This document shows positions 39,038 to 48,761 of a stretch of 64,000 nucleotides of DNA, piece by piece (position 1 is the stretch's first letter; each line of letters begins with the position of its first letter). The DNA lies in the NCBI GenBank assembly GCA_041686005.1, contig JAWLER010000007.1, positions 8,794 to 72,793 of the forward strand. The letters run 5' to 3'. Source of the DNA: Anaerolineales bacterium. GTDB lineage: Bacteria; Chloroflexota; Anaerolineae; Anaerolineales; UBA11858. A program made the position numbers and the translations under genes. The notes under the pieces were generated by a model. That model was not told the DNA's origin and did not search any database. It was given only the letters and a program-made list of their open reading frames with translations.

Positions 39038-39071
39038 AAAGAAGCCAGGGGCGATCTCTGAGGATCACCCC
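39038..39071 (-). terminator. Probable intrinsic terminator downstream of trpB
   Basis: Minus strand GGGGTGATC-CTCAGA-GATCGCCCC followed by TGGCTTCTTTT. Confidence 0.45.
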
Positions 39072-39124
39072 CGCTCCGCGCCCATGGTTCAGGCTTGATC
39101 ATGTTGGGGCCAGCCTGTTTAAAC

Positions 39125-40342
39125 TCAGGCTCCAGCCGGCGCTATTTCTTTGGATTCCGCCAGCAGATTTTCAAAGACGTTTTCCACATCCTTGTCGCCC
39201 CGGCCGGAGAGGTTGATGACCACCAGGTCGTCTGATTGGTATCGATCCGGATTCTGAAGCAGGTAGGCTATGGCATGGGCGGACTCCAGGGCGGGGATAA
39301 TGCCCTCCAACCGTGATAGATGGAGGAGGGCATCGACGGCTTCCCGATCCGTGACCTCCCCAAGAGACAGCCGGCCCGTTTCTTTCAGATCCGATAAGAT
39401 GGGGCTGACGCCGGGATAATCCAGGCCGGAAGCTGCGCTGTAGGATTCTTTGACCTCCCCGTTTTCATCGCTGAGGACCAGAGTCTTGAACCCATGTAAG
39501 ATCCCTGGGATACCTGTGCCCAAAGCCAAGCCATGCTTCCCGGTCAATTTCCCTTTCCCAGCCGGTTCCACGGCCACGATCTCCACCTCCCGGTTGGAAA
39601 TGAAGGCTGTGAAGGCGCCCAAGGCGTTGCTTCCCCCACCCACACAGGCGATGACCGCAGTAGGAAGGCGGCCTTCCATGTCCTGGATCTGCTCCTTGAT
39701 TTCTTCTCCAATGACCTTTTGAAAATCCCTCACCATGGTGGGGTAGGGGTGGGGGCCGACCGCGGACCCGAGCAAATAGTAGGCCTGACCCACCTCTTCA
39801 GCGTAAACCGTCAGGGCGGCATCCACGGCGTCCTTTAACGTGCCCTGTCCCTGGGACACAGGCGTCACTTTGGCCCCTAAGGCTTTCATGCGGTAGACAT
39901 TGGGCTTTTGGGCTTTGATATCTCGCTGCCCCATGAAAACCTCACAATCCAACCCCAGGTAGGCTGCGATGGTAGCTGTGGCCGTGCCGTGCTGTCCTGC
40001 GCCCGTTTCGGCGATCAGCTTCGTTTTTCCCAAAGATCTGGCCACCAGCCCCTGGCCGATGACGTTGTTGATCTTGTGGGCGCCGGTGTGGTTGAGGTCC
40101 TCTCTCTTTAGATAGATTTTGGGACCGCCAATGTCTGCTGTCAACCGCTCCGCGAAATACAGCAAGCTGGGCCGGTTGGCGTATTCGCGGTAAAGGCGTT
40201 TTAATTCCTTTTGAAACGAGGGATCAGCCCGCAGCGTTTCGTACCCTCGGGCCAGTTCTGCCAGGATGGACGCCAGGCCTTCCGGGAGGTACACACCTCC
40301 GAACTGCCCGAAAATTCCCTTTCCGTCATGACTTGTGTTCAT
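39125..40342 (-). CDS. trpB: Tryptophan synthase beta chain (stand-alone)
   Basis: KREDLNHTGAHKINN, AETGAGQHG, CVGGGSNA, GLDYPGV, LSGRGDKD. Start MNTSHDG has an AGGAG RBS. Confidence 0.95.
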   Translation of the reverse strand: MNTSHDGKGIFGQFGGVYLPEGLASILAELARGYETLRADPSFQKELKRLYREYANRPSLLYFAERLTADIGGPKIYLKREDLNHTGAHKINNVIGQGLVARSLGKTKLIAETGAGQHGTATATIAAYLGLDCEVFMGQRDIKAQKPNVYRMKALGAKVTPVSQGQGTLKDAVDAALTVYAEEVGQAYYLLGSAVGPHPYPTMVRDFQKVIGEEIKEQIQDMEGRLPTAVIACVGGGSNALGAFTAFISNREVEIVAVEPAGKGKLTGKHGLALGTGIPGILHGFKTLVLSDENGEVKESYSAASGLDYPGVSPILSDLKETGRLSLGEVTDREAVDALLHLSRLEGIIPALESAHAIAYLLQNPDRYQSDDLVVINLSGRGDKDVENVFENLLAESKEIAPAGA

Positions 40343-40469
40343 TTTCTTCTCCTGTCTTAAAAATCGTATGGGTGATGGATCGATGTTCAATAAATCGAAG
40401 CAAGGTTGATCAGGTGCTGTTTTCCATGTGGAAACCTCCTTGATCGGTGCCCAAACTGCCGGTTGTGAA

Positions 40470-40818
40470 ACAAAAACGCCTTCTCTCGGATCAAGGGCGA
40501 GAGAAGGCGTTCGCGGTGCCACCTTGCTTAGGCTGGTTCAAGGGTTAAATCAAAAACCCGCCGATGAAACACGACGGGAGATCCATCAAAGCCAGCCTCA
40601 CTTCTTTACGCAGTCTACTAAAAGATTTCAATCATCTCTTTTATGGCAACTGCTGTACTCTGATAACGGTGTACCTCCGGCAAAGGTTAATGGGCTTTCT
40701 TTCAGCGGTTCGCCTGTGCAATTCCGAGGGCCATTCGACCTCAGCGTACGGGTAAGGATTTCACCTGGGCCTTACTCTCTGGACCGCCGTTCCGAGGCCT
40801 ACTATTCCTCTTCACCAT
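40470..40818 (-). ncRNA. T-box riboswitch (Trp specifier)
   Basis: Stem I with AGTA, AGAGAG and GGTGAA, specifier GAA-UGG-C (40731-40733), CCGTTA. T-box AAGGTGGCACCGCG (40512-40525) and terminator AACGCCTTCTCTCG..CGAGAGAAGGCGTTTTT. Confidence 0.92.
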
Positions 40819-40970
40819 TTTTCTCTATGTAGTTGGCTAGAACTATAACATGACCAGGTACGGCTGTCAAGAAAAAACAGTTTGTGCGCCGGACCGTCTG
40901 GGCCGCACCTGTGACTGGAGGGCATCCCGGTCACCGCGGAAAACGAACTGTCGGAGCCTCAAAGTGGGGA

Positions 40971-42104
40971 TTAATAAGCGCGGGAGAGGAGATGCCGGTT
41001 TCCGATGCGGACGTTTTTCAACCCCGAGGCCCGGGCTGCAGCGGCCGCTTCTTCCGCGTGGTTGATGGAGGTGCGGGGCAGATCGGACATCGTGAAGGAG
41101 GGGCTGAACCCTAACAGGGCGTAAGGGATGTTCACGTCGAATTCAGCGATAAAGGCTGCGATCCGACCCACCTCCTGAGCATCCACGTAACCCGGCACCA
41201 GCAGCGTGCTGGCCATCACCAGGGGGAGCTGGGGGCGTTCGGAAAATCGCCCTGCGGCGTGCGCGAAATTTGCCAGTGTGCGCTGGTTGGGTACCCCTGC
41301 CAGGGCGGTGTGTAAGGTTTCGTCATACGCTTTGAGGTCGAATTTCACCAGTCCTCCGCTTTGGAAAGAATACTCAACCGCTCTCCGCATCAGTTTGGGA
41401 TTCGCCGTCCCGTTGGTCTCCCAGCACACCCTCACACCTCGCTCGGCTAAGGGCTTGGATGCAGCCAATGCATGGGGCATTTGTGAGGTGGGATCGCCCC
41501 CAAAATAGCAAACACAAAACGTGCGCTCGTTCGCTGCATGCGCCAGTTCCTGCGCGCTGATTGTCCTCTTTGCCAACGATTCTGGAACGCCATCTTTGAT
41601 TTCGGATCGATCGGGCAGCATATCGCGATAGTGCCAATTCTGGCAGAACAGGCAGTTCACCGTGCAGCTGCCGTAAAAGACAGCCAGATTGTGCATCCCA
41701 TGCTGACCTTGCCCCCCACAAGTCCACATGCCCACACAGTTGGTGGGCAGGGGGTCGCGGTACCAGTGCAGCAGGCCGCGTGGGGCCGTGCCGGCGAGAT
41801 GGACCAAGCGTCCTTCCTGGACCGTTCTCAATCCGCAATACCCGATCTCGCCCTCTCCCATCTGGCATTCGTTGACGCATAAGGGACAGGTCACGCCGCC
41901 CTCCGTGCGCGGCGGGTGCAGAGGTTGGTCGAATTCGCGCCGCACCTCCGCATGGGTTGCTTGGATATACGCCTGGGCCTCATCGGGGCGCTGGCGGATG
42001 CAGTCCAAACACACTCCCAAATGAGAGGCGATCAGATAGGATGAACCCCCGCAGATCCTGCACTTATGTTCCTTCGCAGGAAGATGCGGTGTATTGAAAA
42101 ACAT
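40971..42104 (-). CDS. Radical SAM protein (PFL-activase / AmmeMemoRadiSam-like, with N-terminal Cys clusters)
   Basis: CTVNCLFCQN (CxxxCxxC), FGGDP, ETNG, FDLKA, VRIGN. N-terminal CRIC..CLDC and CPLC..C..GYCG. Confidence 0.88.
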   Translation of the reverse strand: MFFNTPHLPAKEHKCRICGGSSYLIASHLGVCLDCIRQRPDEAQAYIQATHAEVRREFDQPLHPPRTEGGVTCPLCVNECQMGEGEIGYCGLRTVQEGRLVHLAGTAPRGLLHWYRDPLPTNCVGMWTCGGQGQHGMHNLAVFYGSCTVNCLFCQNWHYRDMLPDRSEIKDGVPESLAKRTISAQELAHAANERTFCVCYFGGDPTSQMPHALAASKPLAERGVRVCWETNGTANPKLMRRAVEYSFQSGGLVKFDLKAYDETLHTALAGVPNQRTLANFAHAAGRFSERPQLPLVMASTLLVPGYVDAQEVGRIAAFIAEFDVNIPYALLGFSPSFTMSDLPRTSINHAEEAAAAARASGLKNVRIGNRHLLSRAY

Positions 42105-42316
42105 GGTTGGTTGTGGATATGTTTTCCGAATGCAGCGGATCAATGGTTGAAATACAGGCACCAAAAGAGCACAAAAAACTGTCGATGTTTTTCCTGTTTT
42201 TGATATGGATTGGGTTGGGGGCCAGGAGTGGGAAATCAGCATAGGATGATGGAGCGACATCCCGTGATGGAATTGAAGCAAAGGCTTCAACTATGCCGTC
42301 TGATTTCTTTGCCTCA

Positions 42317-42514
42317 CTAACGCTTATAAACAACAAGGGTCACGCCCAGCGCATCTTCCAAGGCCTGGATGCGGTTTAACTGTCCTTCGGAAAGATCAGC
42401 GATGTCAAGTCCCGATTCAAAGGCCATGATGTGTACATCCATCTCTTTTTCGATTTCTTTTATTTGGGTGACGCTTTCGTCATCGAGATGGGCGATCTTC
42501 AGGAATTCAGTCAC
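42317..42514 (-). CDS. Small protein (65 aa) with internal duplication
   Basis: AGGAGG RBS before GTG at 42514. Two copies of an IA.L......I..(I/L)E......(M/V)(A/V)(F/Y) unit. Confidence 0.65.
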   Translation of the reverse strand: MTEFLKIAHLDDESVTQIKEIEKEMDVHIMAFESGLDIADLSEGQLNRIQALEDALGVTLVVYKR

Positions 42515-42655
42515 TTTTTCCTCCTGTATGGAAACGAATCGTCTACCTGGATTGTAAATCAACCTTCCTCATCGCGTCAAACAACCAGCTGGTGCGTTCC
42601 CTGAGGTTTATGGTGGGAACCATGATCGACCAGTGATATGTAGAAGGGAAACATA

Positions 42656-44341
42656 TCAGAAGGTCACCCCATGGTCATGGGAGAGGATGTCCAGGGTCCG
42701 TTGGATTTCCTCCTCTTTCCGTGCCTGGGACCAGCCCAGTTGCTGGGCGGTGATCTCCGCCAACTCATCCAAAAGTTCCGGGGTGACCTCGCCCATCCAG
42801 GCCATGATCGTGCGACGCAAAGGGATGTCATCTAGATGGGTGACCATTTCGCGCTCCACCAGGAAAGTGATCTCCCGTTGGGTGTAGCCGGGATGGTGTT
42901 CTAGAGGGCGGTCTTGCTCTTGGGCGAGGTAGGAGGCTATCTCCTCAGCCCGGGTTCCATATCGCTCAAAGAGGATCCTGGCCCGATCTTTGGATATGCC
43001 CGTCTCCTCCGCCAGGGATTTGATCCAGGCCGCCTGCTTTTCATCTCCCTCCGGATATGCCCGGCCGCCCCCGATGGGCAAATGGTCGGTGCTCGCTTGG
43101 CGTGATTTTCCCAAACGGCGGAGGACCTCATCTGTCGTTTCCTCTGAGAGGGCGCGGTAGCTGGTCCATTTTCCGCCTACCAGGCTGAGGATGGGCGCGG
43201 GATTCCCGTCTCCTTCTTCGACGATTTCAATGGAGTGGTCGCGGCTGATCTGTGATGTGACACCTTTGGCAGGCGGCAGGGGACGGACGCCAGAGAACTG
43301 GAAGATGATGTCCTCGCGGGTGACTTCGAGATCGGGGAAGACTCGGGGCACCATGCCTAAGATGTAGTCTATCTCTTCCTCTGTGCATTGGGCTTGGTCG
43401 GGATCCTGGATGCGGATGTCTGTGGTCCCCAGGAGGACATGTTCCCGATAAGGGAACATGAGCACGATCCGCCCATCGTAGTATTCGAAGAAAAACTCGT
43501 GATCCCCGATCGCTTCCCTTAACCCGGGGTGATCGATGATCAGGTGAGAGCCCTTGGTGCCGCCGATGAAATGGGTGTCCCCGTCCACCTTCTGATTGAT
43601 GAAATCGATCCAGGGTCCGCCGGCGTTGACCACGACCTGGGGCCGGACGGTAAACGTGTCTCCGCTGAGTTCGTCTTTGAGCAAGATGGCTGAATCTTCA
43701 TTTCCTGCAGCGCTGACATAATTGAGCGCCTGGGCATGATCTCCCTCCGCAGCCCCGTCTAACAATATTTCCACGGCTAACCGTTCAGGAGAGGGCGTCC
43801 CTCCGTCGTAATAGGTGGCGGCGAAACGGATCTCAGGGTTGAGCTGGGGCCACGTCTCTAACGCTTCCTCTCGGTTGAGCAGTCTGTGTTCAGGCATAGG
43901 GCTGTCCCCGCGGACGTAGGCATCGTAGAGCATCAACCCCACTTTGATGATGATCACACCCCGTTCTGCGGGTTCGTCCAGTAAACCGACGAATTTCAAA
44001 GGGGCGTTGAGCAGGCCAGAGAACCATTTAAAGATGGGGATGGTCGTGGGGAGGGGATAGGTGAGGTGGGGTGCGTTCCGGAGCAGGTTGTTGCGCTCAT
44101 GGAGCGCTTCCCGGACCAGGCGAAATTCGCCGTTTTCAAGATAGCGGATGCCGCCGTGCAGCATATGAGAGGAAGCCATGCTGGCGCCAGAGCAGAAATC
44201 TCCCCGATCGACGATCAGACAATCCACCCCTTGCAATGCCAAATCCCGGAAGGTGCCGATGCCGTTGATACCCGCCCCGATGATGAGGACGGAGATGTCT
44301 GGATGTTTCCGAATGTGATCCAAGGTGTTTCTGCGATTCAT
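42656..44341 (-). CDS. glpD: FAD-dependent glycerol-3-phosphate dehydrogenase/oxidase
   Basis: IIGAGING, SHMLHGGIRYLE, NAGGPW, KGSHL, GVRPL, GGKWTSYR. A related polyol-phosphate dehydrogenase is possible. Confidence 0.85.
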   Translation of the reverse strand: MNRRNTLDHIRKHPDISVLIIGAGINGIGTFRDLALQGVDCLIVDRGDFCSGASMASSHMLHGGIRYLENGEFRLVREALHERNNLLRNAPHLTYPLPTTIPIFKWFSGLLNAPLKFVGLLDEPAERGVIIIKVGLMLYDAYVRGDSPMPEHRLLNREEALETWPQLNPEIRFAATYYDGGTPSPERLAVEILLDGAAEGDHAQALNYVSAAGNEDSAILLKDELSGDTFTVRPQVVVNAGGPWIDFINQKVDGDTHFIGGTKGSHLIIDHPGLREAIGDHEFFFEYYDGRIVLMFPYREHVLLGTTDIRIQDPDQAQCTEEEIDYILGMVPRVFPDLEVTREDIIFQFSGVRPLPPAKGVTSQISRDHSIEIVEEGDGNPAPILSLVGGKWTSYRALSEETTDEVLRRLGKSRQASTDHLPIGGGRAYPEGDEKQAAWIKSLAEETGISKDRARILFERYGTRAEEIASYLAQEQDRPLEHHPGYTQREITFLVEREMVTHLDDIPLRRTIMAWMGEVTPELLDELAEITAQQLGWSQARKEEEIQRTLDILSHDHGVTF

Positions 44342-44529
44342 GCAAGTGCTCCTCGTTGTCTAGCGGTAGCGTCGTTCCATGCAGCGGCGATTAAGATATG
44401 CGACCAATCAAAATCTTAACCCAGATAAGTGAACGATGGAAGGGATATGTTTGTCATCCAGGGGGAAAGCGGTGAAGATGGGTATCCTCTCTTCCAGGAT
44501 CCCTCCACCTCGACATGCCGGATAGGGCC

Positions 44530-45462
44530 TCATACCCGGGGCAGCACGTTTTCCGCTAGGGACCCCAGCCCGTCCAAGTCGTCCAGATCAAGCCACTGCA
44601 GCATCACACGCTGCACGCCGGCATCAGCGAGATGTCCCAATTGATCCACGATCTGATCTGCGGTGCCGACCACCAAGCCTCGCTCGCGAAGCTCCTCTGG
44701 TGTGGATTTTCCGTTCGTCCGTTGTTTGACTTTCGATATTACTTCTGGATCGCTCTTGCCGTAGACACATCCGGTCATCAGAGAACGACGGACCTCCTCA
44801 GGCTCGCGACCCTGCTCTTGCAGCAGTTTCGTCAACCGGGTGTTGAGTTCCTGGAATTTCTCGGGAGGGATGTAGACCGCGTTCCACTCATCAGAGAAGC
44901 GGGCGGCGAGGGGAAGCGTGCGTTTCGGTCCGTTGCCGCCGATCAATATCGGAGGGCCTCCTTCCCGCTGGGGTCGGGGAAGCAGTTGAGCCTCCCGAAT
45001 CTGAAAATATTCGCCTTCAAAGGTGGAAGGTTCCTCATTGCGCAGCAACTTGGCAATCACCTCGACTCCTTCCTCAAAGCGGTCAAACCGTTCAGGCACA
45101 GGCAATAAATCGTGACCGAACAGGTGATGTTCCCGTTCCTGCCATCCAGCCCCAATTCCCAGGATCAACCTCCCCCCGGAGAGATCGTCCACCGCCGCAG
45201 CCATCCGGGCCGTCATGGTGGGATGGCGGAAGGAGACTGGGGAGACCAGGGGGCCGAAGTCGATCCGCTCTGTATGGTCTGCCAACCAGGTCAATGAGGT
45301 CCATAATTCCAGGGAGGCTTTGTCCGGGGGGTTGGCATTTGTGTAGTGGTCAGATCGATATAGGCCGGCGAAGCCCAATTCCTCGGCAGCCTTGACCAAA
45401 CGTTTCCACCGCGGCCAGGTCATGCCATTTTGTCCTTCTAACATCAATCCTACTTCGATCAT
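44530..45462 (-). CDS. LLM-class (F420-dependent-type) oxidoreductase
   Basis: LYRSDHY, FRHP..TAR.AA.VD.LSGGRL.LGIGAGW..REH, ILIGGNG. Confidence 0.88.
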   Translation of the reverse strand: MIEVGLMLEGQNGMTWPRWKRLVKAAEELGFAGLYRSDHYTNANPPDKASLELWTSLTWLADHTERIDFGPLVSPVSFRHPTMTARMAAAVDDLSGGRLILGIGAGWQEREHHLFGHDLLPVPERFDRFEEGVEVIAKLLRNEEPSTFEGEYFQIREAQLLPRPQREGGPPILIGGNGPKRTLPLAARFSDEWNAVYIPPEKFQELNTRLTKLLQEQGREPEEVRRSLMTGCVYGKSDPEVISKVKQRTNGKSTPEELRERGLVVGTADQIVDQLGHLADAGVQRVMLQWLDLDDLDGLGSLAENVLPRV

Positions 45463-45698
45463 GGTTGTCTCTCCTAGCTGTGAATCTATTTCTTTCCTTA
45501 AAAACCGCTGGAAGATTCTCTTCCACGGTACTGCGATCCCATCCTGGCTGAATGACATTCCGCTCCATTTTGCCAGGTATCTCCGTTCAGTATATCACGG
45601 CCTGCAGCCATCCCCTGGGATATAAGGTGAGCCCTGGTGAAAATCGGCTCTGGCTTGCCGGAGGGGATTGCAGAAAAACATGCTACAATATCAACATC

Positions 45699-46094
45699 AT
45701 GGATGACCACCACAAAGCTTTTCGTAAAGGTGCGTTTTGGCAGATCACCGCTCCTCTTGTCCTGGGGGGCGTCGCCATCTTAAGCTTTGGCGTTTGGGCT
45801 GCGATCGAGGCGGCAGGGGGAGCGGATGTGAGCCGCTATGCGGAGATCTCAGCCGTGTTTCTGGTCATCCCCGCTTTGTTTTTATCCGTCCTTCCTCTGG
45901 CGCTGCTGATTCTGTTAATCTATGGGCTGACCCGGCTCATGCACATCCTGCCCGAAGGTACGCGCCGTGTCAGGCTTTTTTTAGAGCGTGTGCAAAAAAT
46001 GGTGACGGATATCTCAACGAAGATGGTTGAACCGATTTTGTGGATCAAAAGTGCAGGCGCGGGATTGCGATCCATTTTTAAAAGACGACCGTAA
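45699..46094 (+). CDS. Hypothetical membrane protein
   Basis: Two hydrophobic segments after FWQI..P. First gene of a three-gene plus-strand unit. Confidence 0.6.
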   Translation: MDDHHKAFRKGAFWQITAPLVLGGVAILSFGVWAAIEAAGGADVSRYAEISAVFLVIPALFLSVLPLALLILLIYGLTRLMHILPEGTRRVRLFLERVQKMVTDISTKMVEPILWIKSAGAGLRSIFKRRP

Positions 46095-46146
46095 GCGGTT
46101 GATCCCCTTGTTTTGACCGTGGGGATCATGACACAAAAGGTGAGGT

Positions 46147-46365
46147 ATGACAGAGAGCAAAGAAATTCAAATAAGAAAAACAAGTCAAAGCAAGATCATC
46201 CTCCTGGCTACACTGGTTGGCGCTTTGGTGGGTGCCGGAACGGGTTATATGCTTGCCAACCGTTTAGAGGAAGAGGAAGCGATTCGTTTGTCAGCGCGCG
46301 ATGGGTTGAAGCTGGGCGGATCGGTCCTTGCTCTTATGCGCCAGGTCTCAAAGATGGGAGAGTGA
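46147..46365 (+). CDS. Small hypothetical membrane-anchored protein
   Basis: 72 aa with a GALVGAGTGY glycine-zipper TM segment. GAGG RBS. Confidence 0.6.
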   Translation: MTESKEIQIRKTSQSKIILLATLVGALVGAGTGYMLANRLEEEEAIRLSARDGLKLGGSVLALMRQVSKMGE

Positions 46366-46389
46366 TCTCCCACCCTGAATGTAAACCGG

Positions 46390-47418
46390 ATGAAACCTCA
46401 GGATCTGCCCCCGCCAAGCGTGATTTTCGCGGGAGCGCTGCGCCGCGAATTTTTCCTTACCGCTGATGATCGACCTGTCTTAGATATCCCGGGGGGAAAT
46501 GCGCTTTACGCAGCGGTTGGGTATCTGGTCTGGGAAAAGGATCCACCGCCGGGTGTTTTGGCCCGGGTGGGCGAGGATTATCCCCAGCCTTGGTTGGAGG
46601 CCTTCGTTCAGCGCTCCATCAACGTAGAGGGGGTAAACATCCTCCCTCGCTCCATTGACCTCCGGAAATTTTATACTTATACCGATAAAGTGACCCGGGT
46701 GGAGGATTCCCCGATGCCCCATTTTGCCCGCATCGGGCAACCTTTGCCCAAAGCGCTCTTGGATTACGACCCGGATAGATCGTATATCGGTTCTCGGATG
46801 AGAATGGGCGAGATCTCCTTGCGAAAGGACGATCTCCCAGACAGCTACCGGACAGCGACCAACGCGCACCTTTGCCCGCTTGATTATCACACTCACAACC
46901 TCCTCCCGGCCGTTCTCCGGCAGATGGGATTCACCACCGTCACCCTGGATCCTGCATCGGCTTATATGGAACCCACCTTTTACGGTGATCTCCCTGGATT
47001 GGTCACGGGATTAACGGCGTTTTTGCCCACAGAGGAGGATGTCCGCGGGATCTTCCGGGGGGTGGAAGTGGATCTTTGGAAGATGGCTGGGGAGATTGGG
47101 CGCTATGGGTGCCAGATCGTGGTCATCAAACGCGGAGAACAAGGTCAGCTGTTGTATGACGCGGAGACGGCAAGGCGGTGGGAGATCCCGGCTTATCCGG
47201 CCCGGGTTCACAACCCCACCGGGGCAGGGGATGCGTTCTGCGGGGGGTTTCTGGCTGGATACCGGCGGACTTATGACCCGCTGGAAGCTGTTCTGTACGG
47301 GAATGTCAGCTCCTCTCTGGTCATTGAAGGGGATGGCCCTTTCTACGCTCTGGACGCGTTACCCGGGCTTCCCCAGGCACGTTTGGAATACCTCAGGGAC
47401 TCGGTGAGAGAAGTGTGA
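46390..47418 (+). CDS. PfkB family carbohydrate/nucleoside kinase
   Basis: PGGNALYAA, ARVGED, VIKRGEQG, NPTGAGDAFCGG. Confidence 0.9.
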   Translation: MKPQDLPPPSVIFAGALRREFFLTADDRPVLDIPGGNALYAAVGYLVWEKDPPPGVLARVGEDYPQPWLEAFVQRSINVEGVNILPRSIDLRKFYTYTDKVTRVEDSPMPHFARIGQPLPKALLDYDPDRSYIGSRMRMGEISLRKDDLPDSYRTATNAHLCPLDYHTHNLLPAVLRQMGFTTVTLDPASAYMEPTFYGDLPGLVTGLTAFLPTEEDVRGIFRGVEVDLWKMAGEIGRYGCQIVVIKRGEQGQLLYDAETARRWEIPAYPARVHNPTGAGDAFCGGFLAGYRRTYDPLEAVLYGNVSSSLVIEGDGPFYALDALPGLPQARLEYLRDSVREV

Positions 47419-47489
47419 GGCGGGTAAGGGGGGATTTTTCAAGGTTGGGGAAAGCATCGCCGGGAAAGGGCTTAACACCATCAGCGATT

Positions 47490-48701
47490 TTAAGGCCGGA
47501 TGTCAAGGTACCCCTCGCCGCCCATCAGATTCATGAGCTCCTGTGCTTCTAAGGTCATGGCCCTGCTGTTGGCGAAATATGAGAAATCAAATGTCGTGGA
47601 TTCCCCAGCTTTTTTTCCGGGGATGGGCATCAAACGTGCGGTAAGGGGTTTGTCAAGCCGCAGCGAGAGGGCAGCGATGTCCAGCAACACGGCGCTGATG
47701 TCTTCTGGTGTGAGGTCTCCCGGCAGAGGGATGGTGTCCAATCCGGTCCCGCACACAGCGGAGTAGAGCAGAAGGTCTTTGACCGTCAGGGATCCCTCTC
47801 CGGCCCGGGCAGCTAACACATTGTCCTCCAACACGGGCAGCATCAACCCGCTGAAACCCGTGTGGGGAAACCGGGCCCGATCGATGCTGTCCGTCAGGAA
47901 CGCGGCAGCAGCTAAGGAGCCGTGGTTCCCCAAGGCTTTAATGCCGAGATGTTCCAGGGCTTTACCCAGGGATCGACCTTCTTCGGGGAAGGGGGCCAGG
48001 GAAAAATCGAGGCCTTGGAAATCGACCTTGAAATCGCTCTCGAGGCCTGCGGCCACCGCGGTGAGTCTTTCGCTGTGAGACTCCAGGCTGTGGATGAGAT
48101 GCCCTCTGGCTTCTTTTAGATCCTCCGCACCCCGAAAGGCTTCCAGGGCGAGGTCCGCCCCTTCGATGGCCAGGCTGAATACCGGAGGCCCTGGCTGGTG
48201 GTAAGCTGCCGGGAAAAATGGAACGCCGGGGGGCACATTGCCCAAAGCGGTAAAGTAGAGGTTGGCGAAACCGTTCGGATCCAGGGGGGCCAGGGCGTGA
48301 ATAACCGCTCCACAGGCCCGCACCGCTGCCAGGGAGACGCCCTTTTCGGGATCGGTCAAAGACCCGGACAGGAAAACGTTCTCCGTTTCCCGGATCACAT
48401 CGGGGATGGGGGAGTAGCTCTCAGGATAGGAGGGGAGAGCCGGTCCAAGCGCGATGTAGTCAAAACCTCTCTGGATGAAGGCCGCTTCCAGGCTTTGTGC
48501 GTAGGGGATGAGGTGACCCTCGTCCACTGTGTCCAGAAAGGTGGGAAAAGGAGGTGTGGCGAAACGGGCGGTTTGGACCTCATAGCCAGCACTCTCAAAA
48601 GCGGGTCTGGCCCGGGAGATGAATTGTTCGGCCCGTTCCAACACGGTCTCCTGGAAGGGGGCTTGGGGGTTGTCAAAGTAAGTGATGGATCGGATGTTCA
48701 T
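47490..48701 (-). CDS. DUF711 (PFL-like fold) family protein
   Basis: PFFPAAYH, DFSLAP, GFSGLMLPVLED, SAVCGTGLDTIPLPGD, KPLTARLMP. Confidence 0.82.
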   Translation of the reverse strand: MNIRSITYFDNPQAPFQETVLERAEQFISRARPAFESAGYEVQTARFATPPFPTFLDTVDEGHLIPYAQSLEAAFIQRGFDYIALGPALPSYPESYSPIPDVIRETENVFLSGSLTDPEKGVSLAAVRACGAVIHALAPLDPNGFANLYFTALGNVPPGVPFFPAAYHQPGPPVFSLAIEGADLALEAFRGAEDLKEARGHLIHSLESHSERLTAVAAGLESDFKVDFQGLDFSLAPFPEEGRSLGKALEHLGIKALGNHGSLAAAAFLTDSIDRARFPHTGFSGLMLPVLEDNVLAARAGEGSLTVKDLLLYSAVCGTGLDTIPLPGDLTPEDISAVLLDIAALSLRLDKPLTARLMPIPGKKAGESTTFDFSYFANSRAMTLEAQELMNLMGGEGYLDIRP

Positions 48702-48761
48702 AGTTTTGGATAAAGGTTATAAGTGGGGGGATCAAATACGTCGAGGGGGACGGCGTATCAC

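Noticed and set aside
40343-40522. 60-aa N-terminal extension of TrpB in the ORF track
   Set aside because: It runs through the T-box antiterminator/terminator. TrpB homology and an RBS begin at 40342.
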